A stretch of DNA of 64,000 nucleotides from the human T2T-CHM13v2.0 reference genome, Homo sapiens. The stretch spans positions 37,344,001 through 37,408,000 of the forward strand of contig CP068257.2 in NCBI GenBank assembly GCA_009914755.4. Direction: 5' to 3'. The notes beneath the pieces were generated by a model. The model searched no databases. It was not told the DNA's origin and saw only the letters and a program-made list of their open reading frames with translations. This document shows, piece after piece, positions 49,031-64,000 of this stretch. The translations under genes were made by a program, and so were the position numbers. The number at the start of each line of letters is the position of its first letter. Positions within the stretch are counted from its first letter, which is position 1.

Positions 49031-52000
49031 GCAATGGTACAGGGTCCCCCAGCTGGCTGCAGCAGAACCAGGACAACCCTGAGGTCTACCATACTGTACT
49101 CTTCACTTAGAAAAGCCACAGTCCCTGGGTGGCAGATGGAGAGGACAGGGCTTAGGTCACGCGTCCACAAGCACTTGGCCCACTTCAAACGCTTTCACGG
49201 TTCCCAAAATGCAAGAACTAGAGGCCTGACCTCATGTGAACAAAGCATTTTTGAATTCTAATTAATAATGAGCCACATAATTATCTTCTTTGGAGGAGCA
49301 TATTTAACAGGAATAACTCCAGCGCTAATAAATCAGTTTTTTCTAAGGAAGTCACGACTTTTCCCACCTTGTCACCTCAGAGAGGATTTCTGCTCTAAGC
49401 TGTTTGAGCCTGTTCCTGGTTTCTATGAGGCAGAGAAGCCAGACTGTGCTGGTGGAAACCTTTTTTTCTTTTTCTTCCTCCGCCACCCTGTTGCTTGTTT
49501 TCAGGTGCTCTTGGCCCCCCGACCCTGCTCCCGTCTGTGTGTCTTCTGCTTTTACAAAGGGCGAGTTTCCACTGTTTCTTCTGCAATGCTCAAACATGAT
49601 TGGCGTCCACCCCTCTCCCTGTGTCCGGAACTGGTGTTTGAGCCGTAACCATTTCCACAGCCTTGACTATTTTTCCCTAACAAAATACACCTTTGAATAA
49701 ATGGCCTTATTGTGCTACCACCTTGGCCTCTTGAATGACAGTTTCTCCTCATGTGATTACCGTGTAGCTTTCACTGGAGATTTGTTTTTCCCAAAACAGC
49801 CTCTGGGATAAAAGCCCTCTGGCCCTGCTGTGGGGTCACTGGTAGCAACATGCCTGCCTCGTGCCCACTTCCACACAAGGCATGGGGCCATCAGCCATCA
49901 TCCCAGCCCTCCAAGAGGCCTTGTAAATTCCCTGGGAAGACAAGTCATATGCTGAATTCAGGAATATAATGCATCATTCAGTAACTTCAGTAATCCCCAT
50001 CCTGGGGGAGCCACAGAACGGGGGTGAGAAATCACAGAATTACGACAAGGTGTCTGGGAACTCAGGTGTCCAACAAGCATTGTCTGAAATCTGAACAAAT
50101 CTGATTGACTGTTTTGCAATAAATATGTAGGTGCTATTAAGGCTAGCAAAACCCCAATTGCCTTAAAAGGGTCAATAATTTATTTATAACACCTATTTGA
50201 CAATAGTTATTTTCTCAACCAACAAATACCAACCTATCCCATGAGTCTTCAAGATGTGTTGACATTACAAAGGACCCTCATTCCAAAACACTGGGAACCC
50301 CTGATCCAAGCAGTCTGTGTCCTGGGAGGTGAAGATATGGGGGTCACCTCAGCAGGGCCTGGGGAAAGGCTCTTTGAGGGGAGGGGCTTCTCACCTGCTT
50401 TTGTACAGGCAGTGGGGTGGCAGTGGGACTTAGGTAAGTGGGCAGTGAGTGGGCAGGGCCCACATTCCCCAAAGGGAAGAGACTGCGGAGGTGTGGGGGA
50501 AGAAACAGTCTGCCCTCAGCTTTTGTTGTGTCCTCCCTGCACTTTCTTACTAGCAGCTGGAGGTCAGAAAAGGGTGTTTGTTCAGGGCTGCTTGAGTGGG
50601 TAACGAGCTGAACCTCTCTGAACATGGCTTCCTCTTCACAGCCTCCAGCACCCATGACCTGGCTCACTCCCCTCCTGGCCAGCCAAGACCGGTCAGTTGG
50701 AAATAACAGCCCCCAGAGCCAAGGCTGACGCTGGCCCAAGGCACTGGCTGTGTGTTCTGCCCCAGCCCTGTCGGGCCAGCGCCTCCAGTAAGGAAAAGAG
50801 ACTTGCTCCGTGGAGCTTCCAATGTGTTTTGGGGTGGGAGGTAGGGATTTGGAGAGGAAGTTGGATCACCTAAAATGCTGACAAACAGACGTACCTTTGC
50901 ACAAACAATGCCAACATGCTGGCAGGATTAAAGTCATTCTTGTTGCTGTGAAACCATTTTGATTATATAAATAAAATAGTGCATCCCCATTGCTGACCTC
51001 CAAGATAAGGAAAGCTTGCCCCACATCCATAAAATAAGAATATTCTTTTGAACTAGCCACACCTAGAGGCTGGCTGTCAGGGCTCCTGAGGGGCCCTACT
51101 GGAATCACAAGCCATCCTAGCCGGCTTCTGTGCCCTCATTCCTGATGCAGCCTCTTCCTGGGGGGATAATTGAGAAAACCCAACGCGGATCAGGCCCTGG
51201 TCTCCATTGGCTCCCTGACCTCGCAGCCAGGGCTACTATCCTGAGTCTTAAGGCTCAGTGGCACCAGTAGCTTTACCTCCAACAGCCAGACCCCGCTCCC
51301 AGTTTCAATCCTTGCTCCTCCCCATGGCTTCCAGGATGGACCCAAGCTCCGGAGAGATGTGCGAAGCCCTCCCAGCTCTGGCCTGCTGGCCTCCCAGGCC
51401 ACGACCACACACACACCCTCTCTCCTGCCACCCCCAGGCCTCCCTCCAGCTCCCCTAGCCAGGCTTCCCTAGCTGGTGTCCCAGGAGCCCGGCCACTTCA
51501 TCTGTGCCGCTGCTGTTGCACAAGTTCCTGCCCCCCGTGCTCCTGGTGGACACACCCTCAGCCTTTGCATTCCATGTTCATCTACCCCTTGGTCACTCCA
51601 CAACTCTTTGTGGCCCTGCCCTGGGGTGGGTGCTGGGGGGTATTGAAGAAGACAGAGGCTCTGGGGTCTCATGAGGCTTATGATCTATTCTACTAGAGAG
51701 AAGCTGAACAGTTATGCATGTTGCTATTTAGTGACAACTGGTATCAGCGCTACCTCGGAAAAGAAGGCTGAATGCAGGAAGAGGATGCCAGGCTGGGGCA
51801 CTGAGGAAGAGGTGGCGTGTGGCCCGCGGGAAGGCATGAGGGGCTGTCCTTCTGGAACAGGAAGTAGAACATTCTGAAGGGCATGTCACACGTTCTTCAA
51901 GCTCACTCTGCCAGCCACTGGAGAATGGACGTAATGGAGCCAAGGATGGCACCAGGAAGTCACGGGGGCAGTGTTTGCTGCTGTCCAGGTAGGAGATGGT

Positions 52001-53319
52001 GATGGGTGCCCTGTCCCGGGGGGAAGTTGTGGAGGCTGATCCAAGTGCACAGAACAACTCTGAGCTGTAGGAGAGGAAGGGGGCATATCCTTCAGAATTC
52101 TCCAGGAAACTTAACCTAGAAGACATAGACAGATAGAGATGTATTACAACGAATTGGCTTGCGTGATTATGGAGGCAGAGAAGTTCCAAGATCTGTGGTC
52201 AGCAAGCTGGACACCCAGGAGAGCTGAGGGTACAGTTCCCATCTGAGTTCAAAGGCCTGAGAACCAGGAGAGCCCAGAGTGTAGGTTCCAGTCCAAAAGC
52301 TGCAGGCTCAAGACCCAGGAAAAGCTGGTGTTTCAGTCCTAGTCCAAAGGCAGGAAAAAGCCCATGAGCTAGCTCGAAGGCCGGCAGGCAGGAGGAATTC
52401 TCTCTTACCTGGGGGAGGGCCAGCCGTGTTCTACTCAGCTCGGGACCCTCAGCTGATCTCATGAGGCCCCCCGACACTGGGGAGGACAATCTACTTTGCG
52501 CACTCATCACCTTAAGTGATAAACTCATCCAAAAACAGCCTCACAGAAATGCCCGGAATCAGGTTAGGCCAAGTATCTGGGCACCCCATGCCCCAGTCAA
52601 GTTGCCACATAGAATTATTCATGGCAGGGAGTTATGCAGGTTCTGAGAAGCAGTGTGGGGAGGTGGGTGCAGGATGTGCAGACACACACACAGGTGTGGA
52701 GCTCAGACAAGAAGAACGAGCAGGGGTACAGCCAGGGCAGTACAGGCATATGGAGGTTATTGGGGCCCCGGGAGGCCGTGGAGGCCCTAAAGGAAACAGG
52801 CTGGAGTTCAAGGCACATCCAGGACAGAGCCCTGAGGACCCCCAAAGACCCCACTGCTGGAAGTTTGAGCAGATCGGAAGATGCTGGAGGTAAAAGCACC
52901 TGGGAAGGGGCTGGCATGGGACTGGCCCAGGTGGGTCAGAGGGACCCTGTGCAGTGGGGCTCTGCACCCAGTGCACCTACCACTGACCCCTCATGCACCT
53001 GCCCATTCACCCAACAGTACAATTCGAGGAGCGAGTGAGAAAATCCTCATCTCCAGCTACCTGTCACCCTACCCCTAGCTTCCCTAGTCTCATTTAAGGA
53101 AAAGCAAACCAATTTCCTTTATAGAATGTGCCTGTAAGGCAACGTGACACACAGCTTACAGCAGCCACCAGCAGACTTCACTCATGCCATAAGTGGCGCC
53201 CTCTGCCACACTCTTGTCCTCAGAAGCCCTGAGCTCACCGCACAGGGCACCTCAAGATGGGAGGGGAGCGCCTGTTCCACCGACAAAGTTAGATGAGTAA
53301 GACACCTACTGCAACCTCA

Positions 53320-53945
53320 CCCCTCACACACACACTCACGCACACACACTCACATTCATGCTCACACGCTCACACTCACGCTAACACTCACACTCATGCT
53401 CACACTCACACACTCACACTCATGCTCACACTCACGCCTGCACTCACTCATACACACTCTCACTCACTCTGGTGTCCACACTCTCGGGCTGATGTTCACC
53501 AACATACACATATGCATTCACATGCACACACACACACATACATGAACACCTGCACATATACTTGCACTCACATATGCTCACATACACTCACACATACACA
53601 ATCACACTCACTTTCCCAATACACACATACACATTCTCATTCATTCATGTACCACATGCACACACACACATGCACACTCAAATGCTCACATTCACACACA
53701 CCACATGCACACTCTCACACACATTCACACACACATGCACACACACACCACATGCACTCTCAAATTCTCACACACATTCACACGCACATCACATGCACAC
53801 ACACATGCACAATCTCAAACGCTCACACACATTCACACACCCCACATGCACTCTCTCAAACTCTCACATTCACACACACATCACATGCACACACACATGC
53901 TCACATTCACACACCCCACATGCACACACTCCTCACACATCCCCA
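53320..53945. repeat. Complex CA-rich minisatellite / low-complexity tract (CACACTCA / CACATGCA-like units), about 630 bp
   Basis: cacacacacactcacgcacacacactcacattcatgctcacacgctcacactcacgctaacactcacactcatgctcacactcac... continues to about 53945. Its translation produces the spurious His/Thr-rich ORFs 53293..54039 and 53562..54242. Confidence 0.9.
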
Positions 53946-54234
53946 TGTTTCCGGCCACACCTGCCATTCCATACCCATTCCCTGTGGCCTGAGAGCCTGT
54001 CTGCAGGAGAAGGGGCCTACCCCAGTGCACAGGGAGTGAGGGAGGCTCAGAAGGCCAAGCCATCAGCAGACCATTTAGGGGACCCTTCCAAAGCAGCGGC
54101 TCATCATAGAAGTGGCAGTGAAACGCGGAATAAATGGAGTGAGGAGGTGAGGCAGACAGTAAAGGAAGACACGTTTCATAGGAGGCTCTGCTGCCTCAGG
54201 GAAACACAGCAGAAGGCAGGACCAGGGTGCAGCC

Positions 54235-54910
<676 letters not shown>

Positions 54911-56283
54911 CAGCCCTCCACTGTCAGGTGCCTGGCACTGTACAGACGTGGGAATCCAGGCAGGATTCTCTGCCTGAACCTCTCTCATGAAGACGAGGGA
55001 ACACACAGCAGGCAAATCCCAGGGACAAGCCAGGTCGTGACTTTGTGCCCCTAGTGAAAGAAGGAGCCGATCATTTCATTCATTGTGAGGTGGTCTATGT
55101 GCAAACAACATGTGAGCACCATGATTGGCAGTGCTTTAAGACTTCTATAAATTAATATTCAAAATTGAAAATAATAATCAGATTAGATTATTTTGGATTT
55201 GGACTTTTTGAATTCATTTCTCTAGCATTTTCATTTCACATATTTTTTAAACTTTTAATATTGAGAGAAGTATGAGCCAATTATCTTTTTCAGGCAATCA
55301 CAGTATTGGTGTCGTGTCTCAGCAGGCTGGGGGTTGGGGCCCTGGATTCAAAGCATCCATCTGAACATATTGTCACCCGTGCATCCTGAGAGAGACAGCT
55401 TCATGGAGTGGAGGTGTGTGGCCTGGAGGCCCCACGTAGGCCACCAGGCATGTTTTCCACGAAAACCGAAACTTCTGACGGGATTACTAACATTGGGAGA
55501 TTTCCGTTTCTTGGACGCCAGTGGAGGGGCTGCACCAGCCTTAAAAGAAATCATGTGAGCCTCCACGAATCAGCAAACAAAGGAGAAATTAAGGTTCTGC
55601 CCACTTTTGTGGTTTTTGCTTTTCTGGAAAGTTTACGTTGTGCATCCTTAAGTCATTACGTAACACTGTATTAATAAGCAGTTGACTCAGAACTCCAGAG
55701 GGCTTCTGAGCTGGTGAAGTCCATTCATGTTACTAAGTCTATTCTTCCTCCCAGAATAAAATCTTCCATCTTCTCTGAGTTAGGCCTTCCTCATCAGAAC
55801 CATTTCTTTTCTCATTCAGCTCTCTGAGGTTTTCTACTTATCATCCAACTGTAGTATCCACTGATAAATTACACGGATTCACAATCCAGCCACTTACTTT
55901 GTTTCCTCCTAACATTTGGAATAAGCTACTTCCTGCACCAGAGCCTCTGTCTGTCATGCCTTTACCGGATCTTATTTTGGGGGGCTGACCAGTTGCCTAA
56001 ACCCACATGCACCCTCTCACCTGGGTTCTCAAGAACTTCTATTTTGGACATCCACCAAAAAAAAAAAAAAAAATCTTGTTAAGTAAGATGAACACTTACC
56101 TGATGGCAGAAGCCTGTTGTGCTCATCAAAACTTTGAGATAACCAGGGTTCCTGGAATCTAAATCTTCCTATATAAAATAGCAGAGTAGCTGATCAAATA
56201 AGAGTCAGACAAGTAAGGGTCAACTTTGGAGTCAATAAATGGGGCTGGACCCAGTCATTCACCTACATTCAAACAGCAAATAG

Positions 56284-56657
<374 letters not shown>

Positions 56658-57100
56658 TTAAAATTTCATGTACCTAAAAAGTGAATTGATCACAAGAGAT
56701 TGTATCCAAGGAAAGCCCCTCTCCCAGGAATGTTAAGGGGAGAAATAAATTTGAGCGTAGAGCTGCGGGCTCCTGGGGAAGGAAGTGCTCAGTAAGTATA
56801 GCACAAGGCAGCATGACACTAATATGAGGCTGAGGTGACTCTGTAACCACTGGCTGACTACAGTATCAACATCCATACAAAGACAGTAGCAGATTAAAGG
56901 AGGACACACATGGCCTGCCCTCAAGCTCATTCACAGCCCACCAAATCAACTCTTTGTTCAGCTTCTTGACTTTTCACAGTCTGCTGGCTTCAAGATGTTT
57001 TCCCTGGCCTTCTTCTAATGCCTCTTCCCTAATCCCAGGTAAAATTACTGAGGGGGGTTACTCATTCGATATATATGTAAGTTATTTGAGAAAGTTTATT

Positions 57101-57390
57101 AAGGCACAGTGGCTCACGCCTGTAATCCCAGCACTTTGGGAGGCCAAGGTGGGTGAATCACAAGGTCAGGAGTTCAAGACCAGCCTGGCCAAGATGGTGA
57201 AACACCGTCTCTACTAAAAATACAAAAATTAGCAGGGCATGGTGGTGAGCGCCTGTAATTCCAGCTACTTGGGAGGCTGAGCAGAGAATTTCTTCAACCT
57301 GGGAGGTGGAGGTTGCAGCGAGCCAAGATCGTGCCACTGCACTCCAGCCTGGGTGACTGAGCGAGACTCCATCTCAAAAAAAAAAAAAAA
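57101..57390 (+). mobile_element. Alu (sense) with a slightly truncated 5' end and a (A)15 tail
   Basis: aaggcacagtggctcacgcctgtaatcccagcactttgggaggccaaggtgggtgaatcacaaggtcaggagttcaagaccagcctggccaagatggtgaaacaccgtctc... Confidence 0.95.
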
Positions 57391-57907
57391 TGCTATCCAC
57401 AAAGTTGGATAAGTACAGAAACATTGTCCCAGGAAATGAAGCCAGTGATTAGGGCAGGGGTTGGCAAGTGTTTTCTGTAAGAACCACATAGTAAATATTT
57501 TCGGCTTTTACTGGCCCATTTGGTCTTTGTTGCAACTGCTCAACTCTGCCATCAAAATGCAGGCAACAGCCGTGGATAATATGTAGTGAATGGGCATGAG
57601 CATTGTCTTAGTTAATTTTCTGTTGCTTAAAACAGAATGCCTAAAACTGGGTCATTTATAAAGAAAAGGAATTTATTTCTTACAGTTATGGAGGCTGAGA
57701 AGTCTCAGGTCAAGAGGCCACATCTGGTGAAGATCCTCTTGCTAGCCAGGACTCTCTACAGAGTCCTGTGGTGGTTGGTGCAGGGCAACCTGTGGTGAGA
57801 GGACTCAAGTCTCACTTCCTCTTGCTACAAAGCCGCCAGTTTCCCTGCCACTGTCTCCCTTCCTCTTCTTACAAAACTGCCAGTTTCCTTGCGATGATAA
57901 ACCACCA

Positions 57908-57958
57908 ATCCATTAATGCATTAATCCATTAATCCATGAATAGATTAATCCATTCATG
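57908..57958. repeat. Short tandem repeat (ATTAATCC/ATTAATGC)n
   Basis: ccattaatgcattaatccattaatccatgaatagattaatccattcatga. Confidence 0.75.
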
Positions 57959-59098
57959 AGGGCAGAGTTCCCATGCCCCAATCACTTCTTAAAGGCCCTA
58001 TCTCTTAATATAGTGACGTTAGAGACTAAGTTTCAACATGAGTTTTGGAGAGGACATTCAAACCATAGAAGTGTGTTCTAATGAAACCACGTTTATGGAT
58101 GCTAAAATGTAAACATATAATTTTCATGTTCCACAAAATATTGTTCTTCTTCTGATGTTTTCCCACACTATTAAAATATAATACTATGACTAGCTTGTGA
58201 GCCACATGAAAAGAGGCAGCAGGCTAGATTCGGGCTTTGGGCTGCAGTTCGCTGGCATCTGCTCTAGGGCCACTCTCTCAGTAACAAAAACGTGCATTCG
58301 CCTCTAATAACACGCATGTACATGTGACACTACTCAAACAGTGAGCAAGCTGAGACTGAAAAACGTATCAGTTGACACTCCAGAATGTTCTTGCTGAAAT
58401 CCTTCAGTGGATCATCTCATAAAGTCCTGGGAATGCACGCTGAGGCATCCAACCTAGAAAATGAGATGAGAAACTCCTGTAAGATTTGAGTGTTCTGTTA
58501 GCCCACCATCTCCAGAGATTAAATAAATAATAATAACTATGGTGCATTCAACATCTCAATCTGAGATGTTTTAGTAAAATGAAGGCATGCTCGCATGTAT
58601 TCACAAAGCCTAGAGGTGAGAAATAGAAAAGATCTCAGTATTTCAAATCTGAGTAGCGCTGTGCTTGTATCATTCAGCTCAAAATCTGCAGAAGCACTTA
58701 GACCAGTTAAAACTGTGCAATGCGGTCAAGCGTTCAAATATTTTATCTCGATCAAGAAGGAGGATGTGGGATGATGTGGGATGCCCTGCATCTTCCCCTC
58801 CCTTTTTTCCTGGAGGGTTTGAAGCCATCCCAATTCATTTTTTTCCAAAGTCTGACAATAACTCAGTGGGTCATCCCAGCCTTGGAACGAGCCATTCCTG
58901 GATGCCATGGAAATTGTCTATGGGGGATGCCTCCCCAGCTATCTTCTGCAGCCTACATCTGGACCAGTCAATAATCCGAACCCTCAGCTTTCTGGATGTG
59001 AATCTTTCCCCAGACTAGCTGAGAACTAGGGGTTACTCAAGAATGCACTAAACAATTCTTCCCCCACTACCCTGTACCTCCACAATCAAAAGTGTTAG

Positions 59099-59421
<323 letters not shown>

Positions 59422-59841
59422 TTAGGAATAAAGCCTGTCAAATCATCATTACTGCTCCTAAGCATCTCTGGGTGCTTCTGAAATTGCTGTTAGGCTATTT
59501 GCAAGACACTGAACATTCCAGAAAGTGTGCTAGAGCATTGAGAATTTCCCTCAGGGACTGTAGCTGCAGACCTTGCTCTCACATGCAAGGTGACCACGTG
59601 GCCTGCATGTTCCAGGACAGTGCCTGCTGCAAACAGTCTACCCCTTTACCTTTTACATAACTGTACTCACCGATCAGGAAAACAGACCTTGGTCAGACAG
59701 AAGCGATGGTCATAATCTCTCTGCAGATGGACTTCTAACTACATTTCTTCAAATTGCAACAAATGTAAATACAATCAGTCATACACACTCTATGCTACCA
59801 CCTTCTCCCATTTTAGGGTGTTGAAAGCCCAAATTAATCAC

Positions 59842-60144
<303 letters not shown>

Positions 60145-62799
60145 TCACATGTGAAAACTTCTGGAGAGTCCAAAGACAAACACCATAGCTCATGGGCCAT
60201 TAAGACAATCTGTACAAACACTCAATGAACCAATATGAAGACAGAAATCCTGGTGAATTGTATATGTATTCCAGAAGATTAAAATCAGGAAGGCAAAGGA
60301 AAATGGAGAGCTGGCACTTGGCACCCATGAAAGACCCACTTTCCCTGCCCTACCAGGTGGCATTTCTCCTTCCCACCCTCAGGATCAGCCTGGCATCAGC
60401 GATTATCTCAGCCCACTGAGGCCTGGATGCTGCTGGCTGATTTTTGTCTCTGCAGTCAGGAGCCAACCACAGGCCTCCTGAACCTCCAGCACCCTGGCTC
60501 ACCCAGGACAACAACACAGATCAACTCCGAAATAAATTCCTCTCTGTTGTCCTGCAATGTGCTAATTGCCCATAATGAGCACATCATAATAATTAAGGAT
60601 GACTACGCCAAACCTTTGACTGAGGTAGCAATCCTTCACCCACAAATGGCAAGGCCTTTCCTAAATCTTAATTAAAGAGCACACCAGCCACCTGAGCTGA
60701 GGCAGAGTTCTCCCACTTTCGAGATGGGGAAAATGGAGGCTCAGGGTGGCAGGTTTCTTATTCTATTCCATAAGGCACACTTGTACATTTTAATTGGTTT
60801 AAATTAAGTGCTATACATAACCTATAAGGAGGTTGTTAAATAAATTGCTTAGCCGTTGCAAAGAATGATAGGTAGTTGTAAAAATTCATGTTTTGAAGAC
60901 ATGGGAAAATGCTTGTTATGGAATTTTAAGAGAAATTAAGAAAGATAAGTGTTGTATTTGTAGGACGGTCTTGGTCGAGTGTGAAAATACCCGTGCTGGT
61001 GTGTGTTTGTGTGTATCAAGAGTAGATCATAATGTTAACACGGGTTCGCAGTTTCTTGGGTGATTCAAGATGAATTTTCATGTTTTCTATACTTTTTTGT
61101 CATTTCCAGATTTTCTACAACAAACATTTAATCTTTTATAATAAGAAAAAGATACATGTTTTAAAGATTTTTAAAGGTATTTTACTTTTTTTAAAAAAAG
61201 ATATTTTAAAAGACTTTCCTATTCTGTTTTAAATCAGGCTCCTTGGCCCTCCCTTATTAACTCTTTAAATGCATGCAGGACATTTGCTCGGCAGCCTTCT
61301 TCTCCTGGGTCACCTGTACTTGGGTTTGTGGTGAATTGTCAAGCATGTCATCGGGGTGGGACTCCTGCTTCAGGGGATGCCTCCCTGGAATTCACTCAGA
61401 GCGGTTGGGAATATCCAGCAAAGTCTGGGGATGCAATGTGTGGCCAAATCCCAGGTCTCCATCCAGAAGCCCCTGTGGCCCCTGCTCAGAGTCCATGGAG
61501 TGACCTTTGTGGCCACAGCTTTCCAGGAAACGGACGTGTGTGCCGGGCACCTCCTTCTCAGCCCACCCAGCTGTCTGGTGGTCAGCGAGAGGAGAAAAGG
61601 CAGCCCCAACATCAAAGACATAGCAACTGCCTGGTGACTTCCTCCCCGGCCAGCTGGAGGTGTCAGCTCGAGGCCGGACTCTGTTTCCTGCTGCCAGGGC
61701 AGCTGCTTCCCTCTTCCCTTCAACTCAGAGGTGAAAGGTTCGCACCATCTGCAAACGCCACCCTCCAGCATTTGACTCCCACACCCTAAACAAAACAGCA
61801 ACCAGACATCATGAGCCCAAACTGAAACCCACCCCCCACCCCAAGGATGGGCAATGTGGAGAGACCTTTGCCCACCAACAACATTTTCCCACTACACCCC
61901 AAAAGGAAGAAGCCATCCTCCCTTAAACGCCTTCCGATCTGACCCTGGATGCTCAGGCCGCTTGGCTGTTCCCGGGTGCAGGGTCAGGGACCCTGGGAGG
62001 CTCCGAGTTGCTCAATGCCTCTGAGCACAGGCTGACTCTCTTCACAGCAATCTGGGGAATTTGGGCTGTTCTGGGGTGGAGCTGGGGACAACGGTGTGTG
62101 TCGGGCAACAGCAGCGGCCTCGACTTGTTCTGGCTTTTGGCTCTGCAGGGAAATCCAGGCAGATTGGGACTGAGGAAGGCTGGGTGGGTGGGCAGGGCTG
62201 GTGGACATGGGGAGCAAGGTGGTGGGCCACCCCGTTGACAGACCTCTCCGGGAGAGAAGCCTGTTGGAGCTGGGCCTGGGCGCAAAGGGGGAGAGAGGGT
62301 GAGGCGCTCTGGGAGGGAGCCCTGAACACAAGCTGCGGGAGGGGGGAAGGGAGGAGGAAAGGGGACGGGCCTGGGTCCCCCTGTGGAGGGCTGAGCTGGG
62401 GACAGGCACAGAGCAGAAAGGAAGCCATCTACCCTTTAAAATGCCTTCAAAAAAATAATCCCAGGACTCCCTTGTACCTTCCAACTTGCCTGTCGGCATC
62501 TATTCAGTGTTTTTCGTGTGGCACTCAAAGAAGAGAAACACAGTCTGTGCCACGGCGGGCTGGCCAGCTGCGGGGAACCCTCCCATTTGGAGGGAAAATG
62601 AAGACTGCAGGATGCTGGAGAGAAACGTGGGGGCCTCCTGGCCAGCCCTCTTTTCCCCGGCTCCAGAAAGCACTATGAGAATTCCTCGAGCCCTCTCATG
62701 TTTATAGCTTCTGACCCACACCTGGCTGGTCTTCCAGGTGGGTCCAGTTCTTTCCTCTCTCCTAGCACCCACCCAGCCCCCAACACGCATCCCCAGGAT

Positions 62800-64000
62800 C
62801 CCCCAATACCACGCCTCCAACTCCGCCTCTGGCGCCCTTAGGTTCCATGCGAGGGTTCCTCCGGCATGCGCCATGGAAGCTGTGGCTCAGGAAAGCCTCA
62901 TTCACATGCTTGGCAACCGCACACTGGAAAGCAGCCAGCAGCCCCAGGAGCCACACTTCACCTGATCCATCCACAAAATGGGCTGAACGGACCCAAGGCG
63001 AGAGAGCCAGGTCCAGCCGCCCAGCTGGCCAGACCTGTGCACTCGCTAGGGCACGATGTCAGTCATAGCCTCGACTGTTGTTAATCCCACAGACAGGTGG
63101 CTTTTGGTCCCAAATTTGTGACAGGCACGAATCACGGAGCTGGGAATCCGGAAGACTTGGATTCCCACCTCGCTTCTGGCTCCCGATGCTGTGGAACTAT
63201 AATTCAGCCTCCACTTCCTCATTTATCAGAAGTTGTTGATGAGATGCCTTGGAAATTCTTGCCAACTGTAAAATCAAAGAGATGGCAAGGACAAACCACG
63301 TGCCTTCAGAAAGTGCTTCCCCAGGCACCTGCATGCTCACTCTCTTACCCATGTCTCCACCCCTAATCCCTCCAATGCCCCAGGAGGGGGCTGGGTGAGT
63401 GTTGGGTGGCAGTGAGACCCAGTCACCCAGCTGGTGAGCAGGTGAGCCAAGACCACACCCAGGGCCGCCGTCCTACCTCCCAGTCAATCATGCATATGGG
63501 AGATAGATAAAGCCCTAAATGCTCATTTGGAGCTGCTTGAGAAGAGAATATAATTCATGGGCCAAAGATACAGAAATGTCTTTCCCAGTGGGAGGCAAGC
63601 CGGTGGCACCTGCTCTCCAGGGCCTAACACCCTCATTTCCGCCTCTCCGGTACCTGATGCTATCAGAGGATTGACTCCCTCTAAAGGCCAACCTGAGACC
63701 TTCACTCAGCTCAAAATGTGGTTCAGGGAGAGAAACTAACAAAAGGGAATGGGAGTGGGGGGAAGAAAAATCATCTTTTTCTGCCACCAAAGAACAGCTG
63801 CAAACATAGAGAACGTGAAGTAGCCGGGAAGTCGTCGTGGCTGGTGTGAATTCAGTCCCAGGGGAATCGGCCGCACTGAAGTGCTGAGCGAACGCTGCCC
63901 AGAGAAAGGCAAGCCCAGCGAAAAGGCAGGCCCCTCCCAAGGTCAAGGCTTCCTCGATTCGGAGGCAGCCTTCCATCGCAAACTGCACCCCCGCCCACAG
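62800..64000. promoter_or_regulatory. GC- and CpG-rich flank consistent with a CpG-island shore or promoter-proximal region. The island itself probably extends beyond the window end.
   Basis: 63781-64000 has about 13 CpG in about 190 bp at about 58% GC (o/e about 0.8): gtcgtcgtgg, atcggccgcac, gagcgaacgctg, ctcgattcgg, catcgcaa. 62840-63100 has about 12 CpG in 270 bp. Confidence 0.35.

Noticed and set aside
61984-62678. Overlapping ORFs of 205 aa (+), 171 aa (-) and 128 aa (-), Pro/Gly/Ser-rich
   Set aside because: This is a GC-rich region where all frames on both strands are open simultaneously, which is typical of CpG-island-flanking noncoding DNA. There is no domain-like sequence.

Overview
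This window is primate nuclear genomic DNA, almost certainly human, not a prokaryotic locus. It contains about 15 Alu SINEs, including a human-specific AluYb8 with a perfect target-site duplication. It also holds several 5'-truncated L1 LINE fragments, one of which is a young L1PA nested antisense inside an old L1M. There are about 9 MaLR-type LTR copies (MLT1-like and one THE1 LTR), MER5-like and MIR fragments, and many micro- and minisatellites. About 20-25% of the window is repeat recognisable by eye, so the true fraction is probably higher. I find no convincing protein-coding exon. Every ORF of 100 aa or more in the supplied track overlaps a repeat, a low-complexity tract or GC-rich DNA where both strands are open. 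The window looks intergenic or intronic, and no operons, CRISPR arrays or tRNA/rRNA genes are present. The notable non-repeat signals are two blocks that retain CpG far above the usual human background (about 25.9-26.8 kb and 29.6-31.4 kb). The first also carries homeodomain-type TAAT motifs. Both are candidate hypomethylated or conserved regulatory elements. The right end (about 62.8-64.0 kb) becomes GC- and CpG-rich, as at the shore of a CpG island, suggesting a promoter just beyond the window. Coordinates were estimated by eye and are good to within about 5-10 bp.
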